DNA of 64,000 nucleotides from Desulfovibrio sp. (GCA_017454855.1 JAFTCE010000028.1:23575-87574); one strand, 5' to 3'. Shown: positions 26,082 to 36,105, counted from the stretch's first letter. Translations and numbers: made by a program. Notes: generated from the sequence alone by a model not told the origin.

Positions 26082-27269
26082 ATGCGAGACGATCTGCCCA
26101 GGGGATTTCGCGTCGGCACGGCTGGGGCCGGGTTCAAAAAGCCCGACAGAGATGATCTTGGCCTTATACTCTCGGACAGGTCGGCTGCGCTGGCCGCCAT
26201 GTTTACGCAAAATGCCTTTTGCGCCGCTCCGGTGCTGATTTGCCGGGAAATCCTGCACAGGCACGGCACGGCACGAGCGGTGCTGGCCAATTCCGGCCAG
26301 GCCAATGCCTGCACGGGCACAGAAGGGCTGGACAACTGTCGGCGTACGCAACGCATGGTTGCGGATGGCACCGGAATTTCCCCTGATGAAGTTCTGCCCA
26401 TTTCCACGGGTGTCATCGGTGCCCAGCTCAAGATGGACTTGTGGACTCGGGCCATGCCGACGCTCCTGGACAGTCTGGGAAGTCGCGACGCTGAAGGGTT
26501 TACACGCGCTTTCATGACGACGGACGCCTTCCCCAAATTTGCCATGCGCGATGTTCCTCTGCTCCAGGGCAGTGTGCGCCTGACGGTTATGGCCAAGGGG
26601 GCCGGTATGATCTGCCCCAACATGGCCACCATGCTCTGCGTAGTGTTGACGGACGCCCTGGTGGCGCGCCAAGCGTGGCAGGACATGTTCGGTCGCGCCG
26701 TAGAAAAAACCTTCAACCGCGTCAGCGTTGACGGGGATACCTCCACCAACGACACCATACTCGGTTTGGCCAACGGCGCATCAGGCGTCACTGTCAGCCA
26801 GGATGCCGATTTGGCTGCATTGGAGAGCGTACTCACGGAAATCCTTGGCGCTGTAGCCCATATGCTCGTCATGGACGGCGAAGGCGCGGGGAAAGTACTA
26901 CACATCCATGTGCGTGGGGCCCTCAGTACTGCCGACGCCAGACTGGCTGCGCGCAGCGTAGGCCATTCTCAGCTCGTCAAGACGGCCATGTATGGCGGCG
27001 ACGCCAATTGGGGGCGCATTGTCACAGCAGTGGGTTACAGCGGCGCCACTTTTGACCCAAACGATGTCTGCCTCAGCCTCTGCGGCATCGAACGCTTTCA
27101 CAATGGACGCCCTGTGAACGACGACAAAGAAGAGGAATTGGCCGCCTTGCTCAAGGCCAAGGATGTGGACATAGACATAGTTCTTGGCCCTGGATCGGGC
27201 AGTTATGACTTGCAGGCTTCGGATCTCGGTCACGAATATGTGAGTCTCAACGCCGATTACCGCTCCTAA
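26082..27269 (+). CDS. argJ: Bifunctional ornithine acetyltransferase/N-acetylglutamate synthase
   Basis: NSGQANACTG, STGVIG, KGAGMICPNMATML, DGDTSTNDT autocleavage motif, NADYRS C-terminus. Confidence 0.96.
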   Translation: MRDDLPRGFRVGTAGAGFKKPDRDDLGLILSDRSAALAAMFTQNAFCAAPVLICREILHRHGTARAVLANSGQANACTGTEGLDNCRRTQRMVADGTGISPDEVLPISTGVIGAQLKMDLWTRAMPTLLDSLGSRDAEGFTRAFMTTDAFPKFAMRDVPLLQGSVRLTVMAKGAGMICPNMATMLCVVLTDALVARQAWQDMFGRAVEKTFNRVSVDGDTSTNDTILGLANGASGVTVSQDADLAALESVLTEILGAVAHMLVMDGEGAGKVLHIHVRGALSTADARLAARSVGHSQLVKTAMYGGDANWGRIVTAVGYSGATFDPNDVCLSLCGIERFHNGRPVNDDKEEELAALLKAKDVDIDIVLGPGSGSYDLQASDLGHEYVSLNADYRS

Positions 27270-27273
27270 AGAC

Positions 27274-27320
27274 AAGGCCCGCCACTCGCTGACAACGTTG
27301 AGGACGGGCCTTTACTTTTT
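27274..27320 (+). terminator. Rho-independent terminator after argJ
   Basis: AAGGCCCG...CGGGCCTT stem followed by TACTTTTT. Confidence 0.55.
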
Positions 27321-27341
27321 GCGTAACTGCGGCAACTTTTC

Positions 27342-27731
27342 TCAGGGCATGGGCTGATCGGTCACCCAGTCCACAATTTCCCCCATGCGGGCAAGCTTCA
27401 GGCGTCCACCGTCAACTTCAGCCAGGTCTTCCATTTGGCCATCCAGTCGATAAATGCGCCAGTCTCCCGGCGGGAGATCTCCGGCAGCAATCTGCCTTTG
27501 CACAGATTCCCTGGCCTCTGAGGCATCACAAAAAAGTTCGAAATCCTGATAGCCTGGGTCAAGAATCACCTCCGCCCCACTGGCGATGTCCACGATAAAA
27601 TTCCCCGGCGCAGCCACATAGACAAAGGGGCAAATTTCCGGCGACGGCAAATGCGGTTTTTCCACAGGCGTGACACTACAGGCCGTCAGCAACACCAAGG
27701 GCAAGAAAAGAAGTTTGCGCACAACGTTCAC
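27342..27731 (-). CDS. Small lipoprotein, function unknown
   Basis: Signal peptide with lipobox LLTAC. Directly follows htpX. Confidence 0.7.
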   Translation of the reverse strand: MNVVRKLLFLPLVLLTACSVTPVEKPHLPSPEICPFVYVAAPGNFIVDIASGAEVILDPGYQDFELFCDASEARESVQRQIAAGDLPPGDWRIYRLDGQMEDLAEVDGGRLKLARMGEIVDWVTDQPMP

Positions 27732-27740
27732 CTTCTCCCC

Positions 27741-28601
27741 CTATCCCTGCCGCATGGCCATGTCCTGCAAGCGGCGAATGCGTTCTTCAATGGGCGGATG
27801 CGTGCTGAAGAGGCTGGCCATGCCGCCCATGGCGTACATGGGCGTCACGATGAACATCTGCTCCGTGCTGGGATTACCCGACTGCAAGGGAATGCGCCCG
27901 CTCTGCACGGCCAGCTTGTGCAAGGCCCCTGCCAGGGCCAAGGGTTGTCCGCATAGACGAGCCCCCGTATCATCGGCTAGATATTCGCGAGAGCGCGAAA
28001 TGGCCATCTGAATCAGTCCTGCGGCCACAGGTGCCAGCAATGCCAGTAGGAAGCCGACAAGGGGATTGCCACCGCCCTCTTCATCCCGCCGTCCCAATCC
28101 AAAGATGGCCGTGAATTGAAAAATATTGGCCAGCGTCACGATGGCAGAAGCCATGACGCCCGCAATGGTCTGCACAAGAATATCGCGATTTGCGATGTGC
28201 CCCATTTCATGGGCCAAAACACCCCGCAGTTCCTCCAGGGAAAGAAGGCGCAATATCCCTTGCGTCACGGCCACGACGGCATGTTCCGGATCACGCCCCG
28301 TGGCAAAGGCATTGGGCGCCTCTTCTGGCACCACGCACACACGCGGCTTGGGCACATTGGCATTGTGTGCCAGCTCTTCCACAATCTGATGGAGTTGCGG
28401 AGCTTCTTCCGGCGCGAGTTCGCGTGCGTGATACATGGACAGGACAATCCTGTCCGAGTACCAATAGCTGCCAAGATTCATGAGCAGGGCGAGTCCGAAG
28501 GCGAAAATAACGCCGCTGCGTCCTCCCAACATGCCCCCCAGCACAATAATCATGCCGGACAAAAGAGCGAGAAGAAGAAAAGTTTTCCATTGGCTGGTCA
28601 T
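27741..28601 (-). CDS. htpX: Zinc metalloprotease HtpX
   Basis: PNAFATGR, HEMGH (HExxH), SRSREYLAD, LFSTHPPIEERI. Start MTSQWKT after GGAGG. Confidence 0.95.
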   Translation of the reverse strand: MTSQWKTFLLLALLSGMIIVLGGMLGGRSGVIFAFGLALLMNLGSYWYSDRIVLSMYHARELAPEEAPQLHQIVEELAHNANVPKPRVCVVPEEAPNAFATGRDPEHAVVAVTQGILRLLSLEELRGVLAHEMGHIANRDILVQTIAGVMASAIVTLANIFQFTAIFGLGRRDEEGGGNPLVGFLLALLAPVAAGLIQMAISRSREYLADDTGARLCGQPLALAGALHKLAVQSGRIPLQSGNPSTEQMFIVTPMYAMGGMASLFSTHPPIEERIRRLQDMAMRQG

Positions 28602-28695
28602 ACTACCTCCTGGAGGCACATGTTTGGCATTACCCATCAACTTGTGCCAGTTATACGCATTTGGGACGGATAGCAAGGGCATCCTGTTTGACATT

Positions 28696-30615
28696 TCACC
28701 TGTGCCGAGCCTGATACCAAAGCTGGAAGACCAGAAGCGTCCATAGTGGTTTGCGCAAATCGGCCCGACCAGTACAGTGTTCGTCCATAAGCGCACGCAC
28801 TGCCGACGGTTCAAAAATCCCCTGATGACGCAAGACATGTTCAGAACACATATCTTCCATGAGTGGACGCAGACGTCCGCGCAACCATTGGGCCACAGGT
28901 ATCTGGAAGCCACGCTTGTTGCGATGCAAAATATCCTGCGGCAACAGTTTAGAAAAGGCCCTCTTGAGCAACCACTTGCGTCTGAATCCACGCAACTTAT
29001 AACGAACGGGCAGGCGTGCGGCGAATTCCGCCACATCTCTATCCAAAAAAGGCGCACGTACTTCCAGGCTGTGCAGCATAGAACAACGGTCAACCTTGAC
29101 CAATATATCTTCAGGCAGGTATTCACGCACATACACATGAAAGGCACGCGCCAAGGGGGAAGCTGCTATCTGGGGCACCCAATGCTCGTACTGCGCACGC
29201 GTCGAGGCATACAAGGCATCTGGCGTTATCATCTCGTCAGGTACTTTTGCTTTGAAAGCAGAATTGAGAACTTCTGCCTGCAAATCCGGTGAGAGGGCCG
29301 TTAACATGGTCTGTACGCGCTGCCATGCTGGCGCACGAGCCGCGTTCAAAAATGTCTGCACGGCCAAACGTGGATTGATGTAGCCTGCAGACGAAGGAAG
29401 ACGCCGTGCCAAAGGTTCCAGAATACGCTTCCGCAGGACAGCGGGAAGCTTGTTGTACCACTCGGCAATTTTGAATCCGATATAATGTTCGTACCCAGCC
29501 CAAAGCTCATCCGCACCGTCCCCGCCCAGGGCAACAGTGACCTTTTCCCGTGTCATGGCGGAGAGCAGCCATGTGGGGGCCACGGACGCGTCTGCCATGG
29601 GCACATCCATACTGCTGACAATCCCGGGCAACATGTCGGCACAATCACTGGCCGAGAGAATGCGCTCGCAATGTTCCGTACCATAGGCATGTGCCGCCAC
29701 ACGGGCATAGCGCGATTCGTCAAAAGCTGCTTCTCTGAAGCCGATAGAAAAGGTCTTGATGGGCCTTGCGCTATGACTGGCCATGAGACCAGCCACAATG
29801 GTGGAATCTATGCCTCCTGAAAGAAAAACGCCCAAGGGCACGTCACTGACCATGCGCCGCCGCACTGCACGGCTGAGCAGACGCTGCAACTCCTCGCAGA
29901 GTTCTGCCGGTGCGCGGGTATCCTGCTCATGGGGAACGGGCAGATCCCAATACCGTTCGATCCGCACGCCACCCTTCTCTACGACAAGCACATGCGCCGG
30001 CGGCAAGACGGATGCTTCCCCATACATGGTCTGTGGAGCGGGCACATATTCATATGCCAGGTAACGCAAGACAGACTGAGGAGCCAGCGTGAAACGCAAG
30101 GGGGACAATGCCTCCAGTGCGGAGAGTTCCGAGGCAAAATGGAAGAACCCGTGCTGCACGCTGTAGAAAAAAGGTTTTTTGCCGAAGCGATCTCGTGCGC
30201 AGAACAGACAATGTTCCCGGGCATCCCAGAGCGCAAAGGCAAACATGCCTTCAAAATGTTCGAGGCAAGCCCTGCCCCAACGACGGTAACTTTCCAGTAT
30301 GACTTCCGTGTCCGATTGCGTACGAAAACGCAAGCCGTCTTCCCTCAGTTCTTGCCTGAGTTGCGCAAAATTATAGATTTCTCCATTGAAGACAATGGCA
30401 AGCGCGTTGTCGTGACTCAACATGGGCTGAGCGCCGCCAACAAGATCAATGATGGACAGACGTCGATGTCCCAGGCACACCGAACCTTCCATCCAGATTC
30501 CCTCGCCGTCCGGCCCGCGGTAGGTCATACGGTCTGTCATGGCTTTGACCCACGAACCTGCCTCTGGAGGCAGATATCCACCATCCAGTCCTACCACCCC
30601 CGCTATGCCGCACAT
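28696..30615 (-). CDS. asnB: Asparagine synthase (glutamine-hydrolysing) family amidotransferase
   Basis: N-terminal MCGIAG, RGPDG, LSGGIDS, GDGADELWAGY, EVRAPFLD. Context suggests glycan amidation. Confidence 0.9.
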   Translation of the reverse strand: MCGIAGVVGLDGGYLPPEAGSWVKAMTDRMTYRGPDGEGIWMEGSVCLGHRRLSIIDLVGGAQPMLSHDNALAIVFNGEIYNFAQLRQELREDGLRFRTQSDTEVILESYRRWGRACLEHFEGMFAFALWDAREHCLFCARDRFGKKPFFYSVQHGFFHFASELSALEALSPLRFTLAPQSVLRYLAYEYVPAPQTMYGEASVLPPAHVLVVEKGGVRIERYWDLPVPHEQDTRAPAELCEELQRLLSRAVRRRMVSDVPLGVFLSGGIDSTIVAGLMASHSARPIKTFSIGFREAAFDESRYARVAAHAYGTEHCERILSASDCADMLPGIVSSMDVPMADASVAPTWLLSAMTREKVTVALGGDGADELWAGYEHYIGFKIAEWYNKLPAVLRKRILEPLARRLPSSAGYINPRLAVQTFLNAARAPAWQRVQTMLTALSPDLQAEVLNSAFKAKVPDEMITPDALYASTRAQYEHWVPQIAASPLARAFHVYVREYLPEDILVKVDRCSMLHSLEVRAPFLDRDVAEFAARLPVRYKLRGFRRKWLLKRAFSKLLPQDILHRNKRGFQIPVAQWLRGRLRPLMEDMCSEHVLRHQGIFEPSAVRALMDEHCTGRADLRKPLWTLLVFQLWYQARHR

Positions 30616-31964
30616 GGCTTCTTTCCCCCAAGGGCATGGGTGACAAACATATGCGCAAGACGCCGGTTATTTTGCGCGGGGTCAAACATCTCTAGCGCCA
30701 GTGCCTGACCATTGCGCGCCAAACGGTTCGCCAGATCAGCGTCCTCAGCCAGACGCCAAATGGCATCTGCCAAAGCTGCGGCATCGCCGGGAGGCACGGC
30801 CAATCCCGTTTCGTTGTGACGCACCACTTCAGGCAAGGCATTGACCGTGGTGCTGACTACAGGCAGTCCATAGGCCAAGGCTTCTATAACCGTGTTAGGA
30901 ATGCCATCGCGCCGACCGGAAGAATGCACCACGCAGGGGGCGGCAAAGATGTCGTGTTCCTTGAGCAAGCGTGGCAACTCATTGTGTGTGACAAGCCCTG
31001 GCAGGTATACGCGATCTTCTAAGTGTAAATTCTTACGAAGCTTCCGAATTTTTGCATCCATGCACCCCAGCCCCATGACGGCCCCCCCGCCTCCTGCAAG
31101 GGTAAGACGGAAATCCAGGCCCCTATCACGAAGAAGACCGCAGGCGTACATCAGAATATCAAAACCCTTAGTTACGTCAAAGCGTCCCAAGGCGAGGATA
31201 CGTACCGGACGGCCCAAGGCCCGGGACTGCCCCGCCTTGGCCGGCATGATCTTTTCCTGAGCGTCTTTTTGCAATAGATTCCGAGGCAGCGGGAGCGTCA
31301 GACTGTTATAGACAAGTTCCACCTTGCCCCTGGCCTGCCCCCTGTCAAATGTTTCGATGCGCTTTTTGTCAGCCGCATTGTTGGCGCGAATTACGCTGGC
31401 CGCCGCCAGTTTGTTTCCAAGGTCAGGATCAGCCGGTTCCAGATTGTCACCACGTGCAGCCGTGGCAAAAGGGATACCCGAAATCTGCGAGGCCACCCAG
31501 GCAGCCGTAGCCGTGCCGCGCGGCCAGGGGGCATAGATCATGTCTATGCCACCCTCCTTGAACAGTCGCCCCAGGCACAGCCCAACGCCAAAAGCCCAGA
31601 GGTTCTCGCCCAGCATTTCCCAACTGCGCCAGCGCTGCCACAACACGCGCCTCGTCAGGCGCAGTATGGCTACGGGATGCAGCAGCAGACAACGGCAACA
31701 TTCCCCAAAGACAGCAAAGAAGGAACGTAGGCCAAACGTATGCGTTTCACTGGCTGCGGCACGCATTTCCGTGGAGCAGTGACGTAGATTGAAGCCGTAC
31801 AAGCTGAAGACGGAAAGGGGGAGGAGCTTTTTGAGTCCTTCCACTTCCCGAAAAATAAACGGTTGCGTAAACAGTGGATACCACAACAGCACGCAGGCAA
31901 CATGTGGCAGTCCGGCAGGAAAAATAGCGTGTTTTTCGCCCCTGCTGGACATATCTTCCTTCAT
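30603..31964 (-). CDS. Glycosyltransferase family 4 (WcaL-like)
   Basis: GRFDVTKG and DGIPNTVIEA GT-B motifs. The ATG lies at the 3' end of repeat copy A. Confidence 0.88.
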   Translation of the reverse strand: MKEDMSSRGEKHAIFPAGLPHVACVLLWYPLFTQPFIFREVEGLKKLLPLSVFSLYGFNLRHCSTEMRAAASETHTFGLRSFFAVFGECCRCLLLHPVAILRLTRRVLWQRWRSWEMLGENLWAFGVGLCLGRLFKEGGIDMIYAPWPRGTATAAWVASQISGIPFATAARGDNLEPADPDLGNKLAAASVIRANNAADKKRIETFDRGQARGKVELVYNSLTLPLPRNLLQKDAQEKIMPAKAGQSRALGRPVRILALGRFDVTKGFDILMYACGLLRDRGLDFRLTLAGGGGAVMGLGCMDAKIRKLRKNLHLEDRVYLPGLVTHNELPRLLKEHDIFAAPCVVHSSGRRDGIPNTVIEALAYGLPVVSTTVNALPEVVRHNETGLAVPPGDAAALADAIWRLAEDADLANRLARNGQALALEMFDPAQNNRRLAHMFVTHALGGKKPCAA

Positions 31965-32216
31965 CAGAAATTCCTTAGTGGTTAGAAACCTCCCCATTCA
32001 GTGATTTCGCCAAGAAGCAAAACCACGTTGGCTGCACCCGCAGTCAACAAGCATTGCCCGCCTTGGCAATGCTTCGGGGAAAAAGGCTCTTGACGGACGG
32101 CGAAGCCAAGGGCATCCTTTGTGTAACGCCTCCCTTCCGTGAGAGGTACTCCGTACGGCTCCTCTCCGCACAGTGACGGAGTCAGTTGACGGATGGAGCC
32201 GCCTGTGGAGGGAAAC
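31962..32216 (-). repeat. Dispersed modular hairpin-rich element, copy A
   Basis: Shares AACCACTAAGGAATTTCTGATGAA (24 nt) and GAAGCATTGCCAAGGC with 48918-49199. Shares GGCTTCGCCGTCCGTCAAGA (20 nt) and ACTGACTCCGTCA with 52433-52667. Confidence 0.9.
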
Positions 32217-33210
32217 CACTCCAGTCTCCCTCTCCGCAGGGCGCAGGGGCACTCGGCCCCAGCTCCTCCGCAAGCTCGCCCAAAGTCAAACAGCGAACCG
32301 TAAAATTCGCAAACAGCCAGCGGATCCAATCCAAGGCTTTTGCCAGCAGACGATCTACGGCTCGGACATCGGGGATATGGGGCGTCGCTCCCGGCGCCAT
32401 TTCCGAAGAATGCCAGGTAAGCGACAACACCTGCCCACCACGCTCCACATACAACCTCGCAACCAATTTCATGAGCCACAGTGGATGGTAGACGGGCAGC
32501 AAGGCCAAAACTCCCCACTGCCGCAGGCTGCTCTTGAGACGTGCGGCAACGACATCCGGTAGCCGCTGCAACAGCGCAGGCAAACCCCGCAGCAATGGCG
32601 TCACGCTCAGCGGCAACTCAAAAATCTTTCCCTTGTCCGTAGTAATCCAATACGGCCCACCGGGCGCATCAAAATGATCCGGCCCGGCGAGCGCCGAAGC
32701 GTAGCAGTGTAGCGGACGTACCGAAGCGTCTGCCAGTATGCCCTCCTGAACCAGCAAGGGCCACAATGCTTGATGCGCGTCCCATCGGCCCATGCGAAAG
32801 GACGTCAATGGCGTGTCCAGCAGGTTCCGCCCTCTTTCCAAAAGCGTATGCAGCTTGGCTGCCATCAGGGGGACGGGTACGGCAAATGCCGACACTGACG
32901 CCGCACAGTTCGAAAGCGACGCATCCGAACCATCCAGGGTCAACGGTGGCGTGTTCCAGTGGTGCAAATGCGCACCCAATTCCACGCTGTGCTGCTGGCA
33001 CAGATGAGCAAGATGCTTGCGGGAACGGACATCCTCCATGACGCTGTAAGCGCAGAAGAGCGTAGGCCGCACCCCCAGACGGCAAAAATCCTCTAGCCGA
33101 TAGAGTGCGGCGGTATTGGCAGTCGTATGGCCGCGTCGTGCGTATATTCCCCTAAACAAGCCCTCTTCTTCAACATCCAAACTGAGTACAAGGTATACTG
33201 GCCTGTTCAT
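32182..33210 (-). CDS. Polysaccharide deacetylase family protein (WalW-like)
   Basis: SLDVEEEG, ELGAHLHHWNTPP, SFRMGRW and LTWHS motifs of the NodB-like fold. Confidence 0.75.
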   Translation of the reverse strand: MNRPVYLVLSLDVEEEGLFRGIYARRGHTTANTAALYRLEDFCRLGVRPTLFCAYSVMEDVRSRKHLAHLCQQHSVELGAHLHHWNTPPLTLDGSDASLSNCAASVSAFAVPVPLMAAKLHTLLERGRNLLDTPLTSFRMGRWDAHQALWPLLVQEGILADASVRPLHCYASALAGPDHFDAPGGPYWITTDKGKIFELPLSVTPLLRGLPALLQRLPDVVAARLKSSLRQWGVLALLPVYHPLWLMKLVARLYVERGGQVLSLTWHSSEMAPGATPHIPDVRAVDRLLAKALDWIRWLFANFTVRCLTLGELAEELGPSAPAPCGEGDWSGFPPQAAPSVN

Positions 33211-33237
33211 GCCCGTTCTTCTGCTTCTGCTGCGGGA

Positions 33238-34497
33238 TCAATGCCGTTTGGGGCAATGCATCTGCCAATAGCGATCGCATTCTTCCGTGTACAGGCGCAT
33301 CAGATCGCCAATATTGCGCTTGGTATCAAACAATTCCAGCACCAGACTGCGGCCCGCCAGGGCCATGCGCACGGACAGCGAGCGATCTGCAAGCATACGC
33401 CGTATGGCATCAGCCAGGGCGCGGGGGTCGCGCTGAGGCACAAGCAAACCCGTCTCTTCATTTCTGACAACTTCACCAATGCCGCAGACGTCAGTGGCTA
33501 TGACCGGCATGGCATGTGCAAGAGCCTCCATGATCACATTGGGTATGCCGTCCCTGTCTCCATTGGCATGGACAACGCTGGGCATGATGAGCAAATCATG
33601 GTGCAGCATCAAATCGCATATCTGATCGTGGGGGATGAAGCCGGGCATGCTGACCGTCTGCTGCAATCCCAGACGATTGCGCATCTGCACAAGTTTATGC
33701 CGCCATTTGCCATCTCCCACAAGGGTAAGGCAGACAGGGACGTTTTCACGCCGCAGACGCGCCATGGCCGTCAAAAGGTCAGGAAAACCTTTGGTACGCA
33801 CGAAACGGCCCACTGCCAGCAAATGGTAGGGCGGTCTCATGGCTATGTCACACTGCCCCTTGGGGCTGAAGGTGAGGGCATTGTAAATGGCATGCACCTT
33901 GTGCTCCTGTCCACGAGGACAAAAACGGCGCAGCCAATCCACATTGGCCTGATTGTTGGTGCGTATGAACAAAGCGTCGGCTGATTTTTCATGGAGCAGA
34001 CCGTCCTCGGGATAGATATCCCCGGCCCGACCGGTGAACGCAAAGGGTATGCTCGTCAAACGTGACGCTACCCAAGCGGCAGTGGCCGGACCGTTGGCCC
34101 AAGGCGCGTGAATGAGCCGGACTCCATGCTCAAGACACATCTCGGCCAACCGGAAGCCTGCTATGAAGCACCACAAATTTTCACCGAGAGACTCTAGATT
34201 GCGCATGCGACGGAAAAATCCTCGACGCAGCAGACGCCAAACCATGCGTGGATCGCGTCGCAACCAACGAAGGAAAGCGCTAAACACACTACCCACGGCT
34301 CTCACGCCCATGCGGTGTACCTGCTCTGGAAAAGAACGCATTTCCCTGCTGCAGCCCACCAGTTTCTTGCCATACATGGTAAAGATGCGCACGGGCAGGC
34401 CGCAGGCCATGAGCTGCATCACTTCGCGAAAGATAAAGGTCTCAGAGGACAGGGGAAACCAGAGCAGGACATAGGCAACCACGGGCAGGTTTGCCAT
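33238..34497 (-). CDS. Glycosyltransferase family 4, paralog of 30603-31964
   Basis: GRFVRTKG, DGIPNVIMEA. N-terminus LPVVAYVLLWFPL...FIFREV matches the neighbouring GT. Start uncertain. Confidence 0.88.
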   Translation of the reverse strand: MANLPVVAYVLLWFPLSSETFIFREVMQLMACGLPVRIFTMYGKKLVGCSREMRSFPEQVHRMGVRAVGSVFSAFLRWLRRDPRMVWRLLRRGFFRRMRNLESLGENLWCFIAGFRLAEMCLEHGVRLIHAPWANGPATAAWVASRLTSIPFAFTGRAGDIYPEDGLLHEKSADALFIRTNNQANVDWLRRFCPRGQEHKVHAIYNALTFSPKGQCDIAMRPPYHLLAVGRFVRTKGFPDLLTAMARLRRENVPVCLTLVGDGKWRHKLVQMRNRLGLQQTVSMPGFIPHDQICDLMLHHDLLIMPSVVHANGDRDGIPNVIMEALAHAMPVIATDVCGIGEVVRNEETGLLVPQRDPRALADAIRRMLADRSLSVRMALAGRSLVLELFDTKRNIGDLMRLYTEECDRYWQMHCPKRH

Positions 34498-34634
34498 GGA
34501 CGCGGAACCAAGTCCGGAAGACTCATCGTTACACGTCTTCACGCACGTCTCCACAGCAGGACATATGCGCATACATCACGGAGCAATGACATCTACCCGG
34601 CCTGCCCCGCAGTCCACGAGGTGAGCATACCGCA

Positions 34635-35948
34635 TCAGGCATGGTGATCGTCGGCGTGTTCACGCTTGTACGTCTCCACGAATTCCCAGGCCTTGGGCAA
34701 CTCCTCTCGTACAGCATCGAGAGCCCTGCGGACATGGGCTTCCGTATGCGAAGCGGAAAGGAAGAAGCGCAAACGGTCTGTCCCTGCCTTGACAGCGGGA
34801 AAAGTAATGGGCATGACGTAGACATTGCGCTTGATCAAGGCAAGGGCCAGACTGCCTGCCACTACGGGATCACCAACCATAATGGGCACGACGGCATAGC
34901 CTTGGGCATGGCCAGTGTCCAGCCCGATTTCCGTAGCGTAGCGCACAAAAAACTGGGAAATGGCTTGGAGCTTGTGGACGCGTTCCGGTTCGCGCAACAT
35001 GAGTTCCAATGCCTTGCGGCAGGCCACAGCCACGATGGGCGGCATTCCCACGCTGAAGACAAAGCCCGGTGACCCGTATTTCAAAAACTCCACCAAATCA
35101 TGCCGACCGGCAATAAAACCGCCGCAACCGCACATGGACTTGGAAAGTGTACTCATCCACATGTCCACATCGTAGGGATCAATCTGGAAATACTCGCGCA
35201 CTCCTCGTCCTGTTTCCCCCAACACCCCAAGAGAATGCGCTTCATCCACCAGCAACATGCAGTCGTACTGCTTTTTCAACGCAATGATACGGGGCAAATC
35301 GGGAATATTGCCGTCCATGCTGAACAGCCCTTCCGTCACAATAACGGCGTGTTTGTACTCCCCACGCCTGGCTTTGAGCAATGATTCCAAGGCTTCACAA
35401 TCATTATGGGCATAGGAAAATCGGGCGGCACCGGACAGACGTGCGCCTTGCACCAAAGAATTGTGGGCCAGGGCGTCATGAAAAATAGCATCGCGATGGC
35501 CACACAAAAAGCCCAATGTAGACACGTTGGTCGCATGCCCGCTCACATAGACAATGCAATCTTCGACCTCGTACAAATCGGCCAGGGCACGCTCCAGTTC
35601 CCGATGGGGAGGCCGCTCGCCCCCAACAAGACGACTGGCGCCTGCGGATGTGCCATACAAGGCAGCCGCCTTGGCTACAGCCTCGGTAATTTCGGGATGG
35701 GCATTGATGTCCAAGTAGTCATAGGTTGAAAAATTAAGATATTCCTTGCCTCCAATGCATGTGGTAGCCTTGGCTGCACGTTCATGACAAAGGAAAAGGG
35801 GGTTGTCCAAACCCATTTGAGCGCCCATTTCCACCAACCGATCAAAGGCGAGCTTGGAACGCAGACGATTGAATCCGGAAGCTGCCCCTCCAGGAACCTG
35901 CTCCTGGGCAATGTCCTGCCCGGCTTCTTTGGGCGTAGTTTTCTTCAT
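34635..35948 (-). CDS. PLP-dependent alpha-oxoamine synthase (BioF/Spt/WcbT-like)
   Basis: NFSTYDYL, FSMDG, DEAHS, STLSKS (PLP lysine). Confidence 0.85.
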   Translation of the reverse strand: MKKTTPKEAGQDIAQEQVPGGAASGFNRLRSKLAFDRLVEMGAQMGLDNPLFLCHERAAKATTCIGGKEYLNFSTYDYLDINAHPEITEAVAKAAALYGTSAGASRLVGGERPPHRELERALADLYEVEDCIVYVSGHATNVSTLGFLCGHRDAIFHDALAHNSLVQGARLSGAARFSYAHNDCEALESLLKARRGEYKHAVIVTEGLFSMDGNIPDLPRIIALKKQYDCMLLVDEAHSLGVLGETGRGVREYFQIDPYDVDMWMSTLSKSMCGCGGFIAGRHDLVEFLKYGSPGFVFSVGMPPIVAVACRKALELMLREPERVHKLQAISQFFVRYATEIGLDTGHAQGYAVVPIMVGDPVVAGSLALALIKRNVYVMPITFPAVKAGTDRLRFFLSASHTEAHVRRALDAVREELPKAWEFVETYKREHADDHHA

Positions 35949-36105
35949 GCCTGATCCTCAACAAAATATGTGGTTCGTCCTGCCTGAAATAGCTGTCGAT
36001 TTCAGGAGAAGATACCGCCTTGCCCAAAACGCAAGGCAGATCAGGAACAGCAGACAAGCTGGCCCCGCAGAAAAACATCGGCATTTCTATAGAAAATTTC
36101 AAGAA

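Noticed and set aside
27741-29147. 468-aa HtpX with a long N-terminal extension
   Set aside because: The extension overlaps asnB in another frame. A good RBS and ATG at 28601 give a normal 286-aa HtpX.
32140-32165. Group II intron domain V (GAGCCGTA/GAGCCGTG in the element)
   Set aside because: The required complementary ACGGTTC arm, domain VI and any RT ORF are absent.
31982-32562. Short ORFs across the repeat copies (e.g. MTESVDGWSRLW, also 52354-52632 and 48908-49186) as leader peptides
   Set aside because: Starts, frames and stops differ between copies. The peptide similarity merely reflects the shared DNA.
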